From the human T2T-CHM13v2.0 reference genome, Homo sapiens: DNA of 64,000 bases. Shown here one piece after another: positions 55,561 through 64,000 of the stretch. The DNA is taken from assembly GCF_009914755.1 (NCBI RefSeq), contig NC_060931.1, one strand, 5' to 3'. The stretch's first letter is position 1; every line of letters starts with the position of its first letter. The notes under the pieces are model-generated. The model was not told the origin of the DNA, did no database searches, and saw only the letters and a list, made by a program, of their open reading frames with translations. A program made the position numbers and the translations under genes.

Positions 55561-56238
55561 ATGCCTGGGGGTGTTGAGTGGGAATGTGTAGGGGCCGTCT
55601 GTGGAACTGAGAGGCATTGATTGAGGTACAGTGGGTGAGGGTCCCAGAGGAAGAAGAAACACTCAGCCGCAGGAGTCAGGAAATGCTCTTGCTCTTGAAC
55701 AGTGGAACACAGCTGAGTGGGAGTGATCTGTGTCTGAAAGATTCTCCTGTTGTATGGAAAATGGAGCAGGCAGGGGAGAAAGATTGAGAAATGGAGAGGG
55801 ACGGTGGCTTGGACTGAGGGGACAGAGTTGAGGTGGCTACATTCTCCAGTTAGAGCTCAAGGACTTGGTGTCTGCACATGGGCTGAGGCAGTGGGAGGTG
55901 GCTGGTGCTGTCCAGGTCTCAGCTCCAGCACCAAGACGGATGATGGACAGACAGATGGACAAAGGGTGTGCCTTGAGGTGTCCATGTGACACAGAGGACA
56001 GGGATGCAGTGGGATGAACTGGTCCTGAGCTCAGACAACATCTGTATCAGTGACATACATCTGGAAACCAGGGTATTGATGGTATTAAGAACACCACATA
56101 AAAATAAAAAGTGATCAGAACCAAAACCCACATTATGCCAATTATTGAGTCTGGTTGAAGGTGAAGACAGTGTTGGAAAATGGCCAAAAATGTGCAAGGA
56201 AAATACAGAGGAAGGCGCTACAGAGGCCAAGAAGGATG

Positions 56239-56439
56239 GCCCACAGTCAAGGAGAAAGGAAGTGCCCGGTGTGAAATGCCGAGAATCAAGGAGAAAGGAA
56301 GTGCCCGGTGTGAAATGCCGAGAATCAAGGAGAAAGGAAGTGCCCGGTGTGAAATGCCGAGAATCAAGGAGAAAGGAAGTGCCCGGTGCGAAATGCCCAC
56401 AGTCAAGGAGAAAGGAAGTGCCTGGTGTGAAATGCCGAG
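56239..56439. repeat. 39-bp minisatellite, 5 copies
   Basis: TCAAGGAGAAAGGAAGTGCCCGGTGTGAAATGCCGAGAA at 56247, 56286, 56325, 56364 and 56403. Confidence 0.95.
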
Positions 56440-56820
56440 CGGCTACGAGGAAAAGCGCAAGGGCTCCACTCAAGTCGATCCAGACCACCAGTAATGAACG
56501 CAACAGGAAGGGATACTCCAGTATCACCTTCAGTGTTCCAATGTTCAGGTGTCTCGGCAGTCCCCGCTGCACTTCTCAGAGCCCTAGTTAAAAACACATT
56601 TAAAGTTTATTTTTTCTACGTATGATTATCCTTTAGAAGAGCTGTTTTTGACATGTGGAGTGTAATGTGCTGGGCAGAGGAGAGTCAAACTGAGCTGGGA
56701 ACAACAGGAAGGATGTCAGCTGCTCTGACTTAGCTGCTGGGAAAACGCGAGTGCAGACAGCAAATGAAACAGTGCACGACGTCTCCTTTCAAATTATCTG
56801 ACTGCACACTGAACACCTCC

Positions 56821-56885
56821 CTTCAAAAGACAGAGAAAAACAAATCACGACTGAGCTAACATAAAGGTTTTATTGAATAAATACA
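56821..56885 (-). terminator. ESYT2: ESYT2 distal polyadenylation site
   Basis: Minus strand has TGTA (56885-56882), then AATAAA (56874-56869), then a GU/U-rich downstream element (GTGATTTGTTTTTCTCTGTCTTTTG). Cleavage at about 56850. Confidence 0.8.
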
Positions 56886-57060
56886 TGCACTGTCACGTGA
56901 AATTAGTTGAACAGAAAGGACGTTCTCTACTTTTTAACCCCCATCCCCCACCGCTGTTCTCTATTTGCAGTGGGGGGTCCAGCTGGAGGTGGAATAAATG
57001 TGGCAACCACAGAAAAAACACACAGCTACACACAGGCCTGCATTTGGCTTACGTGCCTGA

Positions 57061-57475
<415 letters not shown>

Positions 57476-58410
57476 TGAACTTGGAAACACCTTCCTACTT
57501 TAAGGCACAGGATCAGGATAAGAACCCACATGTACGAGCTAACAGAGCTGCACTTCAAATTTACTAAGTTAATTAATTTTCCCTTCATTGGCTTGGCTCA
57601 AGGTAGAAAAGTTAAAATTCCCTTTTCTTAGATAAACTGATTATTTAAAACTGAAAATTAACGTTTTGACAACTCAAGAGTGTCTGACGTCGCTGGGATC
57701 CTGGAGTGCTGAGTGTGGCCTCGATGGTGGCTTCACTCCTCCACATCTGGGAGGTACCTCAGTGCCTCAGAATCACCCCCTTTTTTTAAAAGAGAATGGA
57801 GGCAGCTACCGGAGGCCAAGCACCTCCAGGCACTCAAGGCCCTGGGGACAGCGCTACTGACTCCACTGCCTCAGGGCAGGCACGGTGCTGCTCTACCACT
57901 TCCTCTGGGCTTTGTACCTTTGATTGTGTCTACTCTGCCTAAGTGCTTAAATAAAGCATTCCATTAAGCAAAATACACATGGAGCGGACTACACACTGGA
58001 CTGCAGAACTCAGATGTATGGGATGTTGGTAAAAATTACTGGCATGCTACAATTTCCATGAGTGCTGCTGCTTTATAGATTATGACAGAAGACTTTCAAC
58101 AGACCTGATTTTTAAAAAACCCTCAACAAATCTAATACTAAGGGAAAGCAACTAGATTTAATGTTGTTACCTGTCTTCCATAAATACCATAGTTAAATGT
58201 TTTGTGTGCATACATGTTCATATGTGTCTATAAAGGTATTGATATGCTTCCCAAATAATCCTATATACTAACATTGGAAATGGTTTATAAAGAGGCTTTA
58301 CAGTCGCATGTCATTCAGCAGGAGAGAATATACTGGTCTTTATGATTACATGAAATATGCTGTGAAGCTACAGACTCCATTATAAGTAAACCCATGGTTC
58401 AAAGTGTAAG

Positions 58411-58531
58411 TTATAAATTGAAACAAAATCAAAATCTGCTAGAAGGGAGGGTGGGTAGACAGCCACCAGCCTTGTTTATAAATTCAAACAAAATAAGAAT
58501 CTGCTAGAAGGGAGGGTGGGTAGACGCCACC
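58411..58531. repeat. 65-bp-period tandem duplication in the ESYT2 3' UTR
   Basis: TTATAAATT.AAACAAAAT...AATCTGCTAGAAGGGAGGGTGGGTAGAC at 58411 and 58476. Confidence 0.88.
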
Positions 58532-60056
58532 CGCCCCGTCACAGGCACTTTGGTTTGTTTGGTCATGTGAGTTACCCACAAGTTGTATAGTTCCATGAAA
58601 CAAGCTAAAAGCTCCAATTTAAATTACAAAGCTATACTTTCCTTAATATATTTACACATAGTTTTAAGATGTTCTCATGGCTATGGAAGCCATTTTCAGC
58701 ATATAGCTTATAATATACACTTAATCGTCTACATATGTGCATTCTTTCTTTACAGACACACACAGCCTACGACACTGCAACAGAGCCTCACCTCACAGGA
58801 GGTCTGGGGGACTCTTAAGTACAGAAACCTGCTTTTAACAGTCTAAACAGGATAAAAATTGCATAACAATATCCCAATATTAAGGTCAGTCATGGCATAA
58901 AGTGAGGCAGCCTGGGAAGTGGCTGCTGAGAACAGCAGGGGCCGGGCTCGCAGCTGTGGCGCCCCCAACCCTGGTGGTGGCCAGTGCACATCGGCTCAAA
59001 GGTCCCACATCCTATGTGTGAGGTCACACTGGGGGTTCCTGACAATAATCAGATCGAGCTTTCAATTTTTAATGCAATATCCTGTCTACTCACTCCAATC
59101 TACCTCACAACCTTTAAAAGGACAACGTGTACCTTCCTTTTTTTATAGGCTGGGAAAACATTGAAAATTAACAAAGCTCATGACTGATTGTTTGACAACA
59201 GCTTAATTGCTAACATTGAAAGTCTGCTCTTACAGTTGAGGAAAAGTACAAGGTGTCTGTATACTGTTTCATGAGTAAGTTACAACAGCAATTAAAATAA
59301 ACATAAGACACTTCATTTTTATGTAAGAAATTTCAGATTAGCACAATGTGATTTATGAACCATGACAATTCTCTTAATATATTACTCAGTTATAAAACAT
59401 TTTTCCTTATAAGCCCTTCAACTTACTTCTCAATAATACATCCTTATATTTATGAAAATGTTAATATTTTGAATACTTTATTTCATCTTTCATAATGGGC
59501 AGAAACATACTAACATTTAATAATATTTCAGCTTTTCTTTTCAAAAAGAAACACCACAAAATAGGTCACTGAGAACTTTTTGCTGCCAAGATGAAAATGA
59601 TTATTTGTCACACTAATTTAATAAGTTTTAGAAGAAAATATATATATTTCCTTGATCTATTTCCTTCTGAATTTAAACCAGCATGTAAAGATTATAAAAA
59701 ATAGTCTATTTACATGGCATAGTATACCTCAGTGATATATAAACAAGGCCATAATAAAGCACAGACACATCCGACTCCTACGGACACAGCTGAGCAGAGT
59801 CCACAGACACAAGAGCTACTGCCGCCCTACTGCACGTTGTAGGAACTGGCGAAATCCTAGAGGAAATCCAACACAGAAAATTCAATGATAATATTGGCCA
59901 AATTTGCCTGAAATGTCAACAATTTTATAAAACTATTAAGGTATGTATAACTAAATCCATGAAATTATAAAAATAACATTGGTACGTCTGTGAGAGGGTG
60001 TGTTCCGGGTAGAGGTGGAGAGCTACGCTGAAGAGGACGCCTCCTGCCTGCTGCGG

Positions 60057-60102
60057 CTATGTCATCGCCTGAGGCCTCGTCCCATCTTCCGTGAGGTCAT
60101 AC
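60057..60102 (-). CDS. ESYT2: ESYT2 last coding exon (W-YDLTEDGTRPQAMT*)
   Basis: Acceptor tctcag|G and TAG stop at 60059-60057. Confidence 0.95.
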
Positions 60103-60271
60103 CTGAGAAAGACAGTGACAGGAAGGTGGTGACGGATACAGGACCAAGTAGGAAAAGCCTATCAGATACGTGTCGGGTTCCACCACTGTCTGTGGGGGAC
60201 ACTACCCACCGGGCGGGGAAAGCGTTTTTAGCTACACACTGGGGTTCTCTGTCTGCAGCAGGGACACTCAC

Positions 60272-60321
60272 CACTGGGTCCAGCCTTTGGCAAGTTCTTC
60301 AGATGCCAGAGCAACCAATAC
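60272..60321 (-). CDS. ESYT2: ESYT2 penultimate exon (50 nt, [17 protein letters not shown])
   Basis: Acceptor ccacag|GTA, donor TG|gtgagt. Confidence 0.95.
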
Positions 60322-60351
60322 CTGTGGGTTGTTAAAAAAGCAGTTAAAGTA

Positions 60352-60655
60352 GGCTGGGCTGGGGGCACTGGCTCCCGTCTGTAATCCCAGCACTTTGGGA
60401 GGCCAAGATGGGAGGATCGCTTAAGCCCAAGAGTTTGAGACCAGCCTGGGCAAGATAGTGAAACCTTGTCTCTATTAAAAGTAAAACAAATTTATCTGGG
60501 CGTGCTGACACGCACCTTGGTCCCAGCAACTCGGGAGGCTGAGACAGCAATTGCTGGAGCCCAGGCATTTGAAGCTGCAGTGAGCCATGATCGCGCCACT
60601 GGACTTCAGCCTGTGCTTCTACAGACCCTGTCTCTAAATAAACAAATACATAAAG
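60352..60655 (+). mobile_element. Alu (AluJ-like) with TSD TAAAGTAGGCT
   Basis: Alu dimer with a repeated flank. Confidence 0.85.
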
Positions 60656-61348
60656 TAGGCTAAGACAATGTCTTTTAGATCTTTTACCACTTCTTCTCAT
60701 CTCTCTAATCTTCTGTCTTCATCTAGGAATATGGACTCTCCCTTTTCTGAAGGCTCTTACTTTTTCAATCTTTTCTACCCCCCTGAGCACCTGTAAGCTA
60801 TATCGCTGAATACATCTAAGAAATCCTTCATGCAACCAGCAGTCTTAAAATTCAGCTATGACGGAATATCAGCGGAGATGACTCACAGGAGGGTTGGCCC
60901 ATGTGCCCTCCATGGCAGCACAGCTGACGAAATGATGCCCGTGACTCAAATCTCTTCCTCCCCAACTGAACCTACTCTCATTCCTAAATAACATACACTC
61001 ACATGCCAAAGTGAAATGTGAAATACGGACAAAGAGTAGAAGAAATTCACATAAGTAAAGCCAAAGAATTTTAGAAAAAGAGCAGAGCCATCAGTTGAGG
61101 AGATGGAATTGTAAGAGATTATTTTCCTTCAATGTGATACTTGAACAAAAATGTGAAGACTTAACTTAAAATATCTTCAGAAAGCACAGATGTTTTGACT
61201 GTCTTTATAGCCCATGATTTATAAACAAGCATCGACCTCGTAAGTTCGCCCCTTCCACTTACACAGACATGGTCTAAACACTGCACTGCAGGTAAATGTT
61301 CAATTTTACAAAGTGCAGGAACTGATTGAGGATTCGTTTGGCACTTAC

Positions 61349-61454
61349 TTTGCCAAGGAGCCCTTTGTCTTTGGACAGGAAGCCGCCGCTGTTCTTCACG
61401 GCAACGTCAAGCGTTCTCCTCTGGACTTCTGGTAACGAAACACTGAAATCAAAG
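61349..61454 (-). CDS. ESYT2: ESYT2 exon (106 nt, FDFSVSLPEVQRRTLDVAVKNSGGFLSKDKGLLGK), C2C domain
   Basis: Acceptor tttcag|C, donor AAA|gtaagt. Confidence 0.95.
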
Positions 61455-62906
61455 CTGAAATAGGAAACGAGAGCCTTACTTTATCCATCATTCTGCTGTA
61501 TTTTCTTATAATTAAAAATGGCATTTCTGCTCATGAGATCATTCCAAATGTCATGTTTGTTTTTTATTATAAAACTGAGTTCTTCTACCTAATGTTTGAA
61601 TCTGGCATTTCAGGAAGACTCAAAAACCAACATTTTTTTCATTTCCCACACATAAAAGAAGGCTCTGGCATCCCATAGATGTCTGGGTCCCAAGGTCCCT
61701 GGCTCACTCACGGGTGGGTGAGGAGCGTCTCTGAACATGTCTGACTCTTCCAGGGGATTAAAATGTGGGATAATGTTGACAAAACAGCAATTCCAGAGCA
61801 GCCCACTCACTCAGGCTTTCCACTCAGTCTGGTTTAGTCTTCAGGCCCTATTCCCACCATCTCCAATAAAAAAAAGTATGTGCTTGCAGCTTCGCAGGAG
61901 GGAGAAGGCCTCCAAAGCACTCCCGATGCTCAGCCAGACGCTGCACTAAAGCGCCTGCAGGGCGTCTCTCCTCGGGGCTGCGGGTGCCTGCCCCAGGCCA
62001 CCGTGCTGGAAACCCAGATGGGCAAGTGGAGTCTGCAGACGCTTAAATGCCTCGGATGGGTAGGAGCACCCTGCACAACCTCATCGGGGCTGATGCACGC
62101 CTGCCAGTTTCTGATGGGTGTTTTACATAAAGCTACTTGTATGAAAGTACAATGAATGAGGAGGATGTTTAAAGATGAAACGTAAACTGAATTAGCAGAT
62201 AGCGACACCATACAACTGTATTATTATCATTTCCCAAAACACGGGTGGGTTTTGAAGCACTAGGGGACAATCACCTAAGATACCAAAATGGTACAGATTA
62301 GCAGCTCTTTAAAAGTGGGGGCCAATGACCCCTGGGGGTGTCTCTGAGACCCTCCTAGGAGGTCACCAAATCACCCTGACCACAGAAGCAGGCTCCAGCC
62401 CCTCTTGAGCCAGACCACTAAAGAGATAAGCAAAAATGCTGAACAATAATACCATTCTTTTCATTATTATGTTTTTTATTTTTGGAAATACAGTTGTTTT
62501 TCCAATGTGTCATACGTTAAGATGTTTGGGGCTTACTGTTATTTAAAAATAAAATTAAAAATATATGTATCCTTAAATTCTCAGTTTTAATTGATAACAT
62601 AGTTAAGTGTCAACAGATATAACCCCCAAAAATGAGTTCTTCAGGGCCATCAGTAACCTGATCTTTATTTAATCACTAGTCTACATGTCCACAGGGTTGT
62701 AACTTGAATTTACTGTATTTAGAGCTTTTACATGAAGGTCAAAATGCTTATTTGTTTTGAGAAGTATGTTTGCTAAAAGTTGGTTTCTGATTGAACTTCT
62801 CAACAGCTGATTTATGTGCTTTGGCCACTCAAAGGCACCATTTAGGGCCTTCTTAATCCGTCACTTCAACCAGGCAGTCTATCCTCAGCTGGATAAAATA
62901 CCGTAC

Positions 62907-63038
62907 CTTTGATCAAACACTGGATTTAATGTTTTCTTTGACACGTGTGTTTTCCTCCTTCCTGACCGCCTCTTGTCTGGTAATAAATACATGCGGACAT
63001 AGGGGTCAGAGCCGTCTTCAGAGAAGGCAATGAGGTTT
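62907..63038 (-). CDS. ESYT2: ESYT2 exon (132 nt, [44 protein letters not shown]), C2C domain
   Basis: C2 signature SDPYV...KT....KTLNPVF. Acceptor tgtaag|A, donor AG|gtacgg. Upstream exons lie beyond the window. Confidence 0.95.
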
Positions 63039-63842
63039 CTTACAACACAAACCAGAGAAGACGAGGTATTAGGACCGAGAAAAAGAGAATGAGCAGCACA
63101 TTCAGATATGCTTTATCAAGCTTTGATTTCATGTTTATCTACAAACCGAGAAGCAACAAGGAACAGAATGCGTGAGGCGCTTTTGCCTCCCCCGACGGCT
63201 GCCTGGTGGCATCTCCCAAACTCCTTTCTTAGTGGCTTTCTCAGCAGCGACTTCGGCCTTCATTTCTCAAGCCCAGAGTTTGGAGGACGTTCCAAGTCCC
63301 TGGTCTCTGCTTGTAACAGAGTGACGGTTGTCTTTCCATAATGCTTCTGCCATTTTCTCTCTCACAGCCAAGAAAGCCAGGCCCCCACCCCACAGTGCCT
63401 ACCCCTCCAGACAGGGGCTGCTCCTTTGCAGCAAACGCGGTCAGGTGCCCAGCTGCACAGGCCCCCACATTCTTCGCTTGCTGACTGACCACAAAGTCTA
63501 GGAGGGATTGTTTTGCTAGACTCCTCTACAACAGTATCCCCCACGATCATTATCTAAGTGGCAAGAATATATGAACTTCTCAAGAGTGATGTACTGAACT
63601 CTACAGTTTTATCATCTTTCTAAATGGTGCTAATTTTATTTTCCTATGTTTCCAACAGCTATTTATAAGCACCAAATTTTTATATCATATTTTAAACCAC
63701 TAATAGGACAGAGAAAATTGCATAAAAGGAAAATAGTTCATAAGCCCACAGTATCATTGTTAACAAATGCAATTAATGCAACAGTCACCTGACTTTATAA
63801 TTATTAATATAACAAACAAGTTAAAATAAATTTTTCCTGATT

Positions 63843-64000
63843 AGGCCAGTCATGGTGGCTCAAGTCTATAATCCCAGTGCTTTGGGAGGCCAGGAATTAG
63901 AGACCAGCGTCTCCATAAAAAAATTAAACATTAGCCAGGCCTGGTGGCTTCCACCTATAGTCCCAGCTACTCAGGAGGCCTGGCCAACATGGTGAAACCC
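63843..64000 (+). mobile_element. Rearranged Alu fragments running off the window edge
   Basis: Alu sequence. Confidence 0.75.

Noticed and set aside
54450-55662. Several 200-400-aa ORFs on both strands
   Set aside because: Artefacts of the stop-poor G-rich minisatellite.
55919-56591. 148-aa and 217-aa ORFs with a 13-aa repeat
   Set aside because: The 39-bp unit is a multiple of three, so frames stay open by construction.

Overview
Human (or very closely related primate) genomic DNA matching the subtelomeric NCAPG2-ESYT2 locus, which I recall as 7q36.3. The minus strand carries the 5' half of NCAPG2 (condensin II subunit G2): non-coding exon 1 at about 34112-34200 in a CpG island, then coding exons 2-13. 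I reconstructed these from GT-AG boundaries; they join in frame to 493 codons (MEKRETFVQAV...KAVRAAK) and the gene continues past the left edge. The minus strand also carries the last four coding exons of ESYT2 (C2C domain, stop at 60057) and its 3' UTR of about 3.2 kb (poly(A) signal 56869-56874). The roughly 22 kb between the genes holds a MER52-type LTR, old L1 fragments, many Alus, a processed RPL21 pseudogene and a dense set of tandem repeats (0.9 kb CCT/CTT, 1.9 kb AACTATATAT, 1 kb G-rich 28-mer, 39-mer, 43-mer). A 40/41-mer array lies in NCAPG2 intron 1. I find no new protein-coding system, and the long ORFs in the track are repeat artefacts. The most notable observations are: an AT-to-GC substitution bias in the RPL21 retrocopy; a satellite that replaces its poly(A) tail and mirrors the adjacent Alu junction; a hidden 15-bp-period E-box array beside an E2F/CDE-CHR/BANP promoter; and an overlapping uORF over the NCAPG2 start. 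Repeat subfamily names and reference-sequence comparisons are from memory and need RepeatMasker/BLAST confirmation.
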